A stretch of 64,000 bases of DNA from contig CBDCRP010000003.1 in assembly GCA_965221165.1 (NCBI GenBank), positions 2,016,001-2,080,000 of the forward strand, given 5' to 3'. Each line of letters begins with the position of its first letter. Within the stretch, counting starts at the first letter, position 1. Both the position numbers and the translations under genes were made by a program. Source of the DNA: a bacterium. GTDB taxonomy: Bacteria; UBA8248. This document shows positions 1 through 10,012 of the stretch, piece by piece. The notes below the pieces were generated by a model. It was not told the DNA's origin, searched no databases, and saw only the letters and a program-made list of their open reading frames with translations.

Positions 1-575
1 GCAGTCTCTACCCGGTTCAGTCCGCGGCTATCGATGTTCAGTCCAATTACGGGACAATTTTGTCGAATCCGCGCACCATATCTTTTAGCGCCTTCCGCAA
101 ACCCAGATGTTACTCCATGTGGATCCGCATACCCACTCCTGGGTTCGTAGGCCCCACCGACAATATCATCCAACTTGGCCCATGGGGCGTAGCATCGAGA
201 AATTTCTTCTTTTCCTATCCAGCGAGTCTCCACCCCGAGGGATTGCGCAAGTTCCACGTTCTTTCTCACACCATCACGAAGAGAAGCATCCGACAGCACC
301 AAATATCCGGTTTGGATGAAACCTGCCTGCCCGCCCTCTGAATACTCCTCGAATTCCTCAAACGCCAATAGAGACCGCCAAGCCATCTGAATGGTGCTTT
401 TATTAGAATAGTGCATTCGGATCAGGGCCGAAGATCCTCCGGTGGAACCAGACGCAATGCCATCACGCTCACATAGGATAACTTTTCAAAATCCTCGCTT
501 CGCCAACTGATAGGCGATGGAGCATCCCATGACACCACCACCAATAACGACGGCATCAGCTGTTTCTTGTGTCAC
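1..575 (-). CDS. FAD-dependent oxidoreductase (sarcosine oxidase beta/DAO family), 5' part only, interrupted by an in-frame TGA at 486-488
   Basis: Manual translation from GTG at 575 (AAGGAG RBS): MTQETADAVVIGGGVMGCSIAYQLAKRGF*KVILCERDGIASGSTGGSSALIRMHY...YEPRSGYADP. GxGxxG FAD motif; the frame stays open to the window edge; absent from the ORF track. Confidence 0.8.
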
Positions 576-584
576 AACCACTCC

Positions 585-2480
585 TTAGACATCCACCCAA
601 ATAGGGCTCGACCAAGCAATTTCCCCATCATCCTGCATCAAGCGGAAATAATAATAATCCGACTCTCTCTCCATTCCATTCGAATCGACCCACTCAAAAT
701 AAACCGACTCTCCCTTCGGCGTATCTACATGAATTTCTTTCGCATTTTTGACGATTACAACCTTATTAACCGGGGAGCAGGTTTCTGCTCGAATCTTGAG
801 TTTTCTCTCTGCCGATACATCCAATTTCACCTCGGAGCCCATCGGCGCATCGTTCAAGAAAAATTCCAGTACAATTCGCGCTCCCGTCGTACCGTAGCAA
901 CGACGTTCCCAAAGGGCCCTGAATATACCTTCTCGATCAAAGGTTTCTGCCCATACACAGGCTAGTCCTCCTTTCCAAGCATTTTTGAGCCGTAAGCGAT
1001 TCGAAAACCCAGGTTGAGATGTATGCGTATCCGAGCCGGCGATAATGCCCAAGCGGTATCCTTTCTCAAGCGCATCTTGCACACTTTGTTCTTCATAACG
1101 CGCCGGATTTACCAAAGGTCTCTCACAACCCCTAGCTTCGGAGTTCCCCCAACAGGAATATATTTCGACAAGGCGTTGAAATCTCGGATCGTGCCAGCGC
1201 CAGCGCGTGCCAATTACAGCGCTCACCGAATGATGGGGAACCGTCATCGCGCGACCTTCAAATCTCTCGAGTTGTTTCCAAAGTTTTTCCGGATGATTGG
1301 AGTCTGAGCTGCGAGAATCTAGTTTTGGGATATCTTGATCATCCAAGAAATAGACGTTTTTGTTCCCATCTTGCTCCAGCATGCCAAACCATTCATACGC
1401 GGGAAGGGCCACGTATCTCCCCTCCTCTGAAAAACGATTCGCCGCCTCAGTAACCTCTTTCCACTGCTCCTCATCCATTCGCATGGCCAAAGAGGTGCAG
1501 GCGGCAAAATCCACGCCGGCAGAATCTCGTGCATATGTGTGGACGTATTCCACAATTTCACGAGCCGTGGATGGCCTCGGATACTCCCCTACACACAACC
1601 CGCTCATACAATGCGGGTCTCCAAAAAGAAGAGTCCGGGTAGGAGGTTCATCTAAAACCTCTACCGGGGGCGTATAGGCCGTCGGCAAGCCATCCGCTAA
1701 AACTCTTAGCCGATGAACTCCCCGCTCTCTTAACACCACATTTTCGTAAATAAAAATTCCGGGAGACTCCTGACGAAAAGGGACATTACTCTCATCGGAT
1801 AACTGAAGTTTGGGAATCGACGATCCTCTCGTCGCTACATTATGAAAACAATCCCGCACCACTGCCCGTACGGAAAACGCCTGTCCCGCGACCACCTGAG
1901 CCGGTGACGTCACCGAAAGAAAGGATGGATCCTCGGGAAGCACGTCAAACCTCGGGGGAGCCAAAAGAAGCTCCCAATCACCTTTACCACCGGAATCTAC
2001 GGATAAAGTAAACTCTATGGGCATGGCCAAGGTTTGCGCTTGCACACCCGGGATGCCGGATGGCGTCCAACCGTAATCGATTTCAATGAAATCACCTTCC
2101 ACCAGAGAAGAACCCAGAACCTTCAAATCCAGGCTGGCTGGCAGGAAAGTATAGCCGAGCACGGGTTCTATCAATGAGGAAACTAAAAGAACATTCTCGT
2201 TCGAACATCGAAACTTACAATATCCGGGGGTCGTCATTTCCTTAAATTGGGGCTTGCTGAATCCATTTGGCGGCGTGAAGCGAAGGCCTCCGCTACAATT
2301 GACTCCGCGAGGGCCAACTTGGTAGATAATGCGCCAACTACCCATTTTGCCCGCTGCAATCGGGCCTTCAGGCTTTATCGTCGCTTGGCCAATATCCTCA
2401 CCATAAAAATACTCTCGCAGCGCACCAATCCCCTGTTGAGGGGCATTCATAGCAATCTCCTGCTTCAAGTCCAATTGCAA
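585..2480 (-). CDS. DUF3604 / PHP-like metallohydrolase family protein
   Basis: 631 aa; GDPH, YEW, VPHH, VEIYSCWG, AGSDTH, RRCYGTTGARI and C-terminal YYFRLMQDDGEIAWSSPIWV motifs. Confidence 0.7.
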   Translation of the reverse strand: MQLDLKQEIAMNAPQQGIGALREYFYGEDIGQATIKPEGPIAAGKMGSWRIIYQVGPRGVNCSGGLRFTPPNGFSKPQFKEMTTPGYCKFRCSNENVLLVSSLIEPVLGYTFLPASLDLKVLGSSLVEGDFIEIDYGWTPSGIPGVQAQTLAMPIEFTLSVDSGGKGDWELLLAPPRFDVLPEDPSFLSVTSPAQVVAGQAFSVRAVVRDCFHNVATRGSSIPKLQLSDESNVPFRQESPGIFIYENVVLRERGVHRLRVLADGLPTAYTPPVEVLDEPPTRTLLFGDPHCMSGLCVGEYPRPSTAREIVEYVHTYARDSAGVDFAACTSLAMRMDEEQWKEVTEAANRFSEEGRYVALPAYEWFGMLEQDGNKNVYFLDDQDIPKLDSRSSDSNHPEKLWKQLERFEGRAMTVPHHSVSAVIGTRWRWHDPRFQRLVEIYSCWGNSEARGCERPLVNPARYEEQSVQDALEKGYRLGIIAGSDTHTSQPGFSNRLRLKNAWKGGLACVWAETFDREGIFRALWERRCYGTTGARIVLEFFLNDAPMGSEVKLDVSAERKLKIRAETCSPVNKVVIVKNAKEIHVDTPKGESVYFEWVDSNGMERESDYYYFRLMQDDGEIAWSSPIWVDV

Positions 2481-2532
2481 TTTGAAAATTCAGGACCACG
2501 AAAGCGATAATACTCTAAAGGAATGAACGCAT

Positions 2533-3204
2533 TTATTCCCACCTGAGCATCGCGGCATACCCATCTCTCGGCACAGTCGAGCGAATAGACAAACCTTTGA
2601 TTCGCTTAAACTCTTGAACGGTGATCAAGTGCACATACGCCTCCCACAATATATGGCGAAACGTACATTCAAGCGTTTGGTAATACAGAAAAGGATCTTT
2701 TCCGTCTTTACGAAAACCCCTTTCATGTGCGGGGAGAACAAGGTTTTGAAGATAATCCATCACTCGTTCACCGTTTGACCACGTTTTGTCTGGAGAATAT
2801 TTCCTGGGCAACTCCTTTTTTCTTAACGTGGCGAGCGTTTCTTTTGATAAAACCTCTCGACACAAAGCGCACGCATCACCAAGTGCAGCCAGGACATCGG
2901 AATTTTCGGGAAACCGGACCGGATCCAACATTCTGTCCGCACCACCTGTATCCACCAGAGAGTTATCTCGCGGCAAAGAGTCCGGATACAGAACAGGCGG
3001 CCAGAATTCCAGGAAAAAAAGATAAGGTATCCAAGCTGTATGGCTGATTTGCTCTTTGATAGACCAAGCTCCCCAGCTCTTCTCGGGCAATCTCCATTCC
3101 CATAATTCCTGCGGAAGTCCGTGCGTTTCTTCTCGAAACAAATCCGCCAAATTTCTATATTCCGGAAAAACGTCCTGCCCCGGGGTAGATAAATTTTCTG
3201 GCAT
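2533..3204 (-). CDS. DinB/YfiT-like four-helix protein
   Basis: WSIKEQISH and RHILWEAYVH His pattern; paralog of 4757-5440. Confidence 0.55.
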   Translation of the reverse strand: MPENLSTPGQDVFPEYRNLADLFREETHGLPQELWEWRLPEKSWGAWSIKEQISHTAWIPYLFFLEFWPPVLYPDSLPRDNSLVDTGGADRMLDPVRFPENSDVLAALGDACALCREVLSKETLATLRKKELPRKYSPDKTWSNGERVMDYLQNLVLPAHERGFRKDGKDPFLYYQTLECTFRHILWEAYVHLITVQEFKRIKGLSIRSTVPRDGYAAMLRWE

Positions 3205-3221
3205 GTAGTTTCCTCAAAGTA

Positions 3222-4121
3222 TCAAACATCGTCCACTTTCATCGGCAAGCGCTTCGCATACACCGCCGCCGCTTGTTTTGGTGACAAGTTCTTGTTCATG
3301 GTCTCTAAAGTTTGTTTCGCCAAAGGCGTCGTCGCGAGATGGGAATAGATGGCCGCTGCTCCTTGATGAAACTTCGGGGTGACACCGGCTGTCTCAAAGG
3401 TCTGCGTTATTTGTTTCATCTCATCGATATACCGCCATGCCACGACGGGAAGACGGGGAGCACTTGAGGTCATCTGTTCGTAAGAAGCCTCCTGGCTTGT
3501 TTGAAATTCATGACATACTTCCTCGGTGAGACCAAGTGCTTCGGCCAGAGTGATAACAGCAGTTTGAAGGGCATGGGTTCCCTTCGTGAGGGCCGCGTAA
3601 CACATTTTAATTCCAGACGCCCGGCCAATCTCTTCCCCAAGCAAACGAACCACGATCCCCTTTCCATCCAATTCCGATAGCAAAGCCGCCCGCTCTCCGC
3701 TGAAATAAAACCTGGTATTGCTCCGCACCCCACTCGGTGGAGGACCCAATATACCCCCATCGATGAAATCCGCCCCGGCATCTAAAATCCTTTCCGCGAT
3801 GGTTTTTGCCGTTTCCGGCGAGACGGCGTTGCAGTCTGCATATGGAGGACAAAAACCCGAGACTGACATGGATTCCGCCACTTTATGCGCCACCTGAGCG
3901 GCCAAACCCGGAGGCACGATGGATAAAACGAGATTCGCACGCTCTAACATTTCGGCCATTGTCGAGAAATCTCGAATGCCCCCTTCTGCGGCCAAACGCT
4001 TCGTCCGTTCACTTCTGTTCGAGAGACAAGAGATCACTTCAATTCCATGCGAACCCAGCATTCGACCCACCGCATGTCCCATATCTCCCGGACTGATAAT
4101 GGCAACGGTTTCAAGGGCCAT
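3222..4121 (-). CDS. NAD(P)-dependent oxidoreductase, 6PGD/3-hydroxyisobutyrate dehydrogenase-like with DUF1932
   Basis: ISPGDMGHAVG, DCNAVSP, DGGILGPPP, KMCYAALTKG, AWRYIDEM. Confidence 0.8.
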   Translation of the reverse strand: MALETVAIISPGDMGHAVGRMLGSHGIEVISCLSNRSERTKRLAAEGGIRDFSTMAEMLERANLVLSIVPPGLAAQVAHKVAESMSVSGFCPPYADCNAVSPETAKTIAERILDAGADFIDGGILGPPPSGVRSNTRFYFSGERAALLSELDGKGIVVRLLGEEIGRASGIKMCYAALTKGTHALQTAVITLAEALGLTEEVCHEFQTSQEASYEQMTSSAPRLPVVAWRYIDEMKQITQTFETAGVTPKFHQGAAAIYSHLATTPLAKQTLETMNKNLSPKQAAAVYAKRLPMKVDDV

Positions 4122-4253
4122 GTGAGCACCTCCTCTCGCTCGAAATTAGAAATAAACAATATGTATTCAGTCTAGCAGAAATGAAGCTCTTCAGAGAAAA
4201 GGAGTTGGCATTTGATGTATTTGGCTTCAGATATGACTAGCTTTCTGAAAAAA

Positions 4254-4760
4254 CTACTCTTTCCAAGTACATTTTTTAACTTTTGGAGAATACACCATCG
4301 CACCCACAGGCTCGCTGTTTGTTGAGTCTTTTGTCATGCGCAGTAGATTCACAAAGAGAATTACGTTCTTTGCTCCCGCACTCTCCAGCATCTCGCCCCC
4401 TAGACGACAAACTAACTCTCCTCTTTGTCTTCTTTTTTTTGCACTCACCTCCGCCCACGGCAACAGAATATCAATAGACAAATTGTCAGGAGTTGAGTCG
4501 GAAACACGAATGTCCGCACGACTGGTGTGCTTTGAGGCATCCAAATATTCCTTGAGAATACCACCTACGTTTTTTGTGATAACCCCTGGAGGTATTCCTC
4601 TCAATTTCTTTGCTTCTGCCATCAATGATACTTTTACGCCTGTTTTGTAAAGAAATAGTGGTTGAGAAAAGAACAAAAGAACGCCCGCCACGGATGCAAA
4701 TGAGATGAACGAAAACCAAAAAAGGAAATTCGCTCTAGATGGATTCGGGATTCTCATCAA
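4254..4760 (-). CDS. hypothetical membrane-anchored protein
   Basis: 168-aa ORF with an N-terminal hydrophobic segment; overlaps the upstream stop by 4 bp. Confidence 0.55.
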   Translation of the reverse strand: MMRIPNPSRANFLFWFSFISFASVAGVLLFFSQPLFLYKTGVKVSLMAEAKKLRGIPPGVITKNVGGILKEYLDASKHTSRADIRVSDSTPDNLSIDILLPWAEVSAKKRRQRGELVCRLGGEMLESAGAKNVILFVNLLRMTKDSTNSEPVGAMVYSPKVKKCTWKE

Positions 4761-5440
4761 GAAACTGGATAAGCGGAGACATAACCGCCCACGGGGGCAT
4801 CGGGATAAACAGGCGACAAACCCAAGGCTTCACGGTGAAGCCTAATGGAGCGCAAGTGAATCAGATCATCCCAAAGCACATGCCGCAGAGTCGCCAAAGG
4901 CGTCATTCGAAAGCCATGTGCGTGTTCTGGATCCATCGCAAACCCATCTGGATGGCATTTCATACAACGATTCCACAAATCAACCGAACGCTCCTCGCTC
5001 ACGCCTACGACTGATGATTCCGCAAAAACAAACAAGAGTGAGTTCTCAGCCGAATCCTCTTCCTGCCGCTTTTCAATTTGGGTTGCCATTGCTTCACATG
5101 CCTCGAAAAAGCGTAAATACAGCCATTCCGGATCCCCATACCGATCCGAGGAAAAGCGACGGTCATCATCGCGCGTATTGATAAACGTACCGAACTGGCT
5201 CATGTCCACCGTCCGCCACGGCAAGCGCGTAGCGCCGTAGAGAACCATGAACCACCTCGTGGTGATGTAGGCCATGTGGCTAAGCTGCCTTCTTGGAGAC
5301 CAGCGCGCCCATACTTCCGCGCCTGTTCTATCCAATTGTGCCTCGGACAAATCGGCGAGTTCACCCTTGGTCCATATGGGTATTTGGCGATATACCTGGG
5401 CGATTTCGCTCGGCGTAACCGGATATAAAGATTCATTCAT
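4757..5440 (-). CDS. DinB/YfiT-like four-helix protein
   Basis: WSPRRQLSH and RHVLWDDLIH; translationally coupled to both neighbours. Confidence 0.55.
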   Translation of the reverse strand: MNESLYPVTPSEIAQVYRQIPIWTKGELADLSEAQLDRTGAEVWARWSPRRQLSHMAYITTRWFMVLYGATRLPWRTVDMSQFGTFINTRDDDRRFSSDRYGDPEWLYLRFFEACEAMATQIEKRQEEDSAENSLLFVFAESSVVGVSEERSVDLWNRCMKCHPDGFAMDPEHAHGFRMTPLATLRHVLWDDLIHLRSIRLHREALGLSPVYPDAPVGGYVSAYPVS

Positions 5441-6207
5441 ACCCTAACGCCTGCATCCAAGATTTCACAAATCCTCTCCTTGTTCTCCAGGGTAGCGAAA
5501 AGAAAATCCGGAGAAGCGTTCGCTAACTCGTAAAGAGAATCACCGCCAGTAGCCACAGCCATCGTCTTCGCCCCACATGCGCGACCCGCCGATACATCGC
5601 GCCATGTATCGCCTATCACCCAACGAGCAATAGATTTACGTGGGAATTCCTTTTGAATGATTTTCTCACCTCGCTGAAATCCTGCTTCCAGCAACGCCGC
5701 CCTATCTCCGGAGTCGGACCCAAAACCGCCGAAAGAGAAAAATTGGTTCAGCCCACCACGCGAGAGTTTGATTCGCGCGCCTTTCTCGATATTTCCCGTC
5801 CCTAACCCCATGAATACATCTTTTCGATTCTCCAGATACGAAAGCAAATCGGGGATTCCCGGCATAAGATGAAAGTTTTTAGAATCCATAACAGTCACAG
5901 GCAGAATTTCCACATATTTCCTCAAAAGAATCTTTACCTCAGACTCTCTCCCGCAACGTCCAAGATGAGAATGAAACATCTCCTGTACGATGAGCTCATC
6001 CGTCTTTCCGTGCGGCTGAACATGGCGCATCGCGTTCGGTACTCCATGTATGCGCTCAAAAGCGACATTCAACGCTCTTGCCCCTGCTCCTCCGCTTAAA
6101 AGTAGCGTTCCATCGACATCGAAGAGGATCAAATGAATAGAATTCAATCGCTTTTTTCCCAATGCACATTCGTGAACATATTCAGAACGCGAGACGCTTT
6201 CCTCCAT
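5437..6207 (-). CDS. HAD-superfamily hydrolase (phosphoglycolate phosphatase-like)
   Basis: LFDVDGTL, GKTD, TGN, GGFGSD, VIGDTWRD. Start uncertain; the ORF-track start at 6483 overlaps the divergent SDR. Confidence 0.85.
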   Translation of the reverse strand: MEESVSRSEYVHECALGKKRLNSIHLILFDVDGTLLLSGGAGARALNVAFERIHGVPNAMRHVQPHGKTDELIVQEMFHSHLGRCGRESEVKILLRKYVEILPVTVMDSKNFHLMPGIPDLLSYLENRKDVFMGLGTGNIEKGARIKLSRGGLNQFFSFGGFGSDSGDRAALLEAGFQRGEKIIQKEFPRKSIARWVIGDTWRDVSAGRACGAKTMAVATGGDSLYELANASPDFLFATLENKERICEILDAGVRV

Positions 6208-6309
6208 GATATAACATGTGGATAAATTGATTCCATAATCATTTCCCGGGTGAATCACGTGAGATCGGGGAAAATTTTGCAGTGAACCATAAAACAAAGG
6301 AGATGAAAG

Positions 6310-7014
6310 GTGCTTGGTCAAAAAATTGCCGTTGTAACGGGCGGTAACAAAGGTATCGGTTTTGGAATTTGCCGAGCGCTTGCAAAACAGGGAGTCCAAA
6401 CCATCCTGACGGCGCGGGATATTTCCAGAGGTGAAATCGCTAAAGAGCAACTGCAAAAAGAGGCGCTGGAAATCATATCCCACCCCCTGGACGTTACCGA
6501 CCGACGCAGCATCGATTCTCTAGCCAGGTTTTTGACGAAAGAATTCGGCCAACTAGATATTTTAATCAACAACGCAGCCATCAGAAAAGACGCAGGAATG
6601 ATGGGGATGGACGTTCCCATCGAGATCGTCCGCGAAATGATGGAAACCAACCTCTACGGCCCCCTCATGATGTGCCAAGCCCTGGCTCCTCTTCTAAAGA
6701 AAAGTTCAGCCGGCAGAATCGTGAACGTCTCAAGTGGCATGGGCTCTCTCGCCAACATGGGAGGAGGCTCTCCCGCTTATCGAATCACCAAAACTGCGCT
6801 GAATGCGATGACGAAACTCCTCGCGAATGAATTCCGAGGAACCGGAGTGCTGGTGAATTGTTGCCATCCCGGATGGGTGAGAACCGACATGGGCGGCCGG
6901 GGTGCCTCAAAATCAATTGACGAAGGAGCAGACACGCCTGTATGGCTCGCTTTATTGCCGAAAGATGGGCCTACCGGAGGCTATTTCCAGGACAGAAAAC
7001 CCATGCCGTGGTAA
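6310..7014 (+). CDS. SDR family oxidoreductase (carbonyl reductase-like)
   Basis: TGGNKGIG, LINNA, YRITK, CHPGWVRTDMGG. Confidence 0.9.
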   Translation: MLGQKIAVVTGGNKGIGFGICRALAKQGVQTILTARDISRGEIAKEQLQKEALEIISHPLDVTDRRSIDSLARFLTKEFGQLDILINNAAIRKDAGMMGMDVPIEIVREMMETNLYGPLMMCQALAPLLKKSSAGRIVNVSSGMGSLANMGGGSPAYRITKTALNAMTKLLANEFRGTGVLVNCCHPGWVRTDMGGRGASKSIDEGADTPVWLALLPKDGPTGGYFQDRKPMPW

Positions 7015-7154
7015 CCAACGTGCCCATTTTCATATGGATGTGGATGTTCTTGTGGAGGGGGTAGTGAACGAGTCTATCGACAAAAATGAGTGTGGCGACT
7101 GCTTCCGTATAAAATTACTGATGGTAGGGTATGCGCATCGCCTGTTTCTGTAAA

Positions 7155-7730
7155 CTAATCAGATATTTTCGCATAATCCCATCCTGTAGTAAACGATTTC
7201 ACCTCACCAGTTGATTCCTCATACTTAAAACGGGGTATCTTGGCGAGATTACCACCATATACATGGATACCCACCACGGGCTCGGACGAAGCGCAACTAA
7301 CGCGGTGCACGTCATTATCCTGCGTGCAGCAGACAAAGACATCACCGGGCCCGGCCAAGCGTTTCCCTTGGGGGGTGAGCTTTGCGCAGGCGCCACTCTC
7401 ACGAGGGCCTTCACGCAAAAAACTCTCTTCGTTCTCCATTCCGCGGTAAATGCCTATCACCCCCCAGGTACCGTGATCGTGAATCGGAGTGGTCTGGCCC
7501 ACATCCCATATACCGACGCCCATGGAAAAACTCTCGTCCGGTTCGATGTGAATCTGATTGAGCGTAAAGCCTTCTTTTTTCACCAACAGTTGCTCGGCGC
7601 TCAACAAGTTCGGATCATCCAAAATCGGTTCAAGGCTCACCGCCACCCGGGCGGTTATTTCCTCTTCGGTGCCACCTGTTTTTACAATTTCGCGCACACG
7701 ATCGATAAAATCATTCATCCGTTTTGACAT
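7155..7730 (-). CDS. cysteine/thiol dioxygenase family cupin
   Basis: TPIHDHGTWG, DVHRV, IHVYG. Confidence 0.8.
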   Translation of the reverse strand: MSKRMNDFIDRVREIVKTGGTEEEITARVAVSLEPILDDPNLLSAEQLLVKKEGFTLNQIHIEPDESFSMGVGIWDVGQTTPIHDHGTWGVIGIYRGMENEESFLREGPRESGACAKLTPQGKRLAGPGDVFVCCTQDNDVHRVSCASSEPVVGIHVYGGNLAKIPRFKYEESTGEVKSFTTGWDYAKISD

Positions 7731-7780
7731 TTTTTCCTCCCGCGCTATTCCTTAGACGACGCTAGACGCCATCACATCAC

Positions 7781-8341
7781 CTAATTTTTATGATTCATCT
7801 CATGGGCTAAGAGCGCCGCCTTCAGCGACACGCTGCTGGCGAATCCGCCGAGCTCGCCCGAGCCCGCGATGACCCGATGTCAGGGTATTACAAGAGGAAC
7901 GGGATTTCTATGCAGCGCCTGGCCGACGGCGCGTGAGGCTTTCGAGTTTCCGATCTGCCTCGCCACCCAGCCGTAGGAGCGCGTCTCCCCATAAGGAATT
8001 TTTTCCGTCTGCCTGAGCACCTTTTCCATAAAAGGCGTAAGAGAAGAAAGGTCCGTTTTCAGCCTAAAACTTTTTCGGGCACCTTCCAGATATTCTTTTA
8101 TCTCCTTTGAAGTTTGCAGACTCAACGGCGTTGATTGCTCACTCGCATGATCAGCCACGAGGGGTTTTTCCACGCCATTCAACATTCTTATTTCCGCAAT
8201 CCCCTTATCGGAAACAAAAACAGAGAATTCCGCACGCACTTTCTTCAGCCAATATGCAACATGGGTTTCTAGCGATTCCCCAGCTTCATGGAACAATTCG
8301 TCTTGCCGCCACTCATTCAGCCAGCGCTTCATCTTGAACAC
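7781..8341 (-). CDS. ogt: methylated-DNA--protein-cysteine methyltransferase, selenocysteine form (TGA 7880-7882)
   Basis: IPYGETRSYG...ASRAVGQALHRNPVPLVIP-TGA-HRVIAGSGELGGFASSVSLKAALLAHE to TAG at 7781. TGA occupies the C of the PCHRV active site. Confidence 0.85.
7849..7866 (-). promoter_or_regulatory. putative bacterial SECIS hairpin of ogt
   Basis: CGGGCUC-GGGC-GAGCUCG, 7-bp stem starting 13 nt after UGA, loop begins with G. Confidence 0.6.
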
Positions 8342-8355
8342 CCCTTCTCATGACG

Positions 8356-9552
8356 CTAAAAAGCGGTGGCTAAGCCTTTCACGTAGGCTTGCGCCGTTCT
8401 TAACCGCAAAATCTGATTCGTGCCGTCGGAGTGCAAAAACGTGCTGGCATCGCGAAGATATTTCTCCATGGGAATGTCGTGCATAATGCCCGCGCCGCCA
8501 AATATCTCCATGCCCAGGCGTGCGCAGTCAAAGGCGACCTCCGATGCAAAAACCTTGCACTTCCACCCTTGCGTAAAATCATAGGGTTTTTGATGATCCA
8601 CAGCCCAGGCGGTGCGCCATATGTATGTGCGCGCAATGTCCAAATTCATCGCCATATCAGCCAACATGGTTTCTATCGCCTGATGCTGGGCGATGGGCTT
8701 GCCCCCTTGAACACGTTTTCGGCTGTAATCGAGCGCTTTCTCGAATGCGGCGCGCCCGACACCCAGAACTGTTGCGGCTGCTTCTGGTTTACCCATCGCC
8801 AGGAGGTTGCCCCTGATTTCAAACATGCTTCCTTCGCCCAGGATAACGTGGTTCTCGGGAATCTCGACATTTTCGTAAAAGATTTCCGAATTCATCGAAA
8901 GGCGTTGACCTATTTTTTCATGCACATGGCCAATCGATACGCCAGGAGTGTCTCTCGGAACCAGAAAACCGGTTAAACTCTCTCTTAAATTTTTACTGAG
9001 GTCGATCCTGGCCGCTAAAATGTACAACGACGCCACAGGGCCGTTGCTGATGTAGCGTTTTTGCCCATTGATGATCCACTTGCCGTTTTTTTTCTCCGCA
9101 CGCGCGTAAAGCGCGATGGAGGGATCGTCATAATATCCTTGGTGATCGGTTCCCGCTCCTTCTTCCGTCATGGAAATCGCAACCAGGAATCTTGGTTCCT
9201 CACACAAGCGTTTTATCCAGGGGTCTCTGAGTTCAGGCTCTACTTTTTCCAGTATATGGGACAGCTTCCAGGTCTGATCCAGATTTACCGCAAAACCCAT
9301 ATCGCCCACGGAAAGTTCTTCTCCCGCCAGACAACACGAAAGGACATCGGCGTCCATGCCGCCATATTCTTTGGGATAAGGCAGTTGCCTGAGGCCCAAA
9401 GCGCTTGCCTTTTCCGTCAAGTCCCACGGCATCCGTTCTTCCCAGTTCTGAATCCGATCACGCTCGGGAGCCACCGGGGCCAGTTCTTCATAGGAAAATT
9501 TTCTGGCTATTTGCTGAATTCGCAACTGCTCTGCATTTAACGTGAATTCCAT
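8356..9552 (-). CDS. acyl-CoA dehydrogenase
   Basis: MTEEGAGTD, INGQKRYISNG, RVQGGKPI, EIFGGAG, DGTNQI. Confidence 0.9.
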   Translation of the reverse strand: MEFTLNAEQLRIQQIARKFSYEELAPVAPERDRIQNWEERMPWDLTEKASALGLRQLPYPKEYGGMDADVLSCCLAGEELSVGDMGFAVNLDQTWKLSHILEKVEPELRDPWIKRLCEEPRFLVAISMTEEGAGTDHQGYYDDPSIALYARAEKKNGKWIINGQKRYISNGPVASLYILAARIDLSKNLRESLTGFLVPRDTPGVSIGHVHEKIGQRLSMNSEIFYENVEIPENHVILGEGSMFEIRGNLLAMGKPEAAATVLGVGRAAFEKALDYSRKRVQGGKPIAQHQAIETMLADMAMNLDIARTYIWRTAWAVDHQKPYDFTQGWKCKVFASEVAFDCARLGMEIFGGAGIMHDIPMEKYLRDASTFLHSDGTNQILRLRTAQAYVKGLATAF

Positions 9553-9628
9553 CTATACCCCTCCCGCTAATCATTCCCCGAAAGCGAGGCAACGATTCGG
9601 CTACCTTCAAGGAAAAACAAAAAGCGCA

Positions 9629-10012
9629 TCATGAAGAATAAAACAATACGCGATTGGCTGCATCCATCTCGATAACGCCAGGCGGTCTGCCAACACCTTC
9701 GACGAAAGCGGCATCCGTTCTCGCCATTTGGAGTTGAAGAACAGCCTCGTTCAAATCCGCGTTTGCAGATAAGGATATTCCTCGCCTTGCAGGCATTCCC
9801 CTCTCGGCAACCTCTCCCACTCTTTGAAAAACCTCGGGCACACGGATAAACTCATCAATGTCTTTTTTATTCAAGATGCCCACTAGGCGTTTATCATCAA
9901 AAATCGCAGCCCAGGGTGCGTTTATCCTGTTCATGGCCACCCACGCCTCTCTGGCGTCTTCCTCCACTCCAACAATCGCTACTGCCTGTAAAAAACACTC
10001 CCGAACTTTCAT
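9629..10012 (-). CDS. CBS-domain protein
   Basis: MKVRECF start, RLVGIL motif, CBS-pair size. Confidence 0.55.
   Translation of the reverse strand: MKVRECFLQAVAIVGVEEDAREAWVAMNRINAPWAAIFDDKRLVGILNKKDIDEFIRVPEVFQRVGEVAERGMPARRGISLSANADLNEAVLQLQMARTDAAFVEGVGRPPGVIEMDAANRVLFYSS

Noticed and set aside
9560-9631. TGA-TGC at the end of the CBS gene as possible Sec readthrough
   Set aside because: The domain is complete at the stop, no convincing hairpin follows, and the extension runs out of frame into the next gene.
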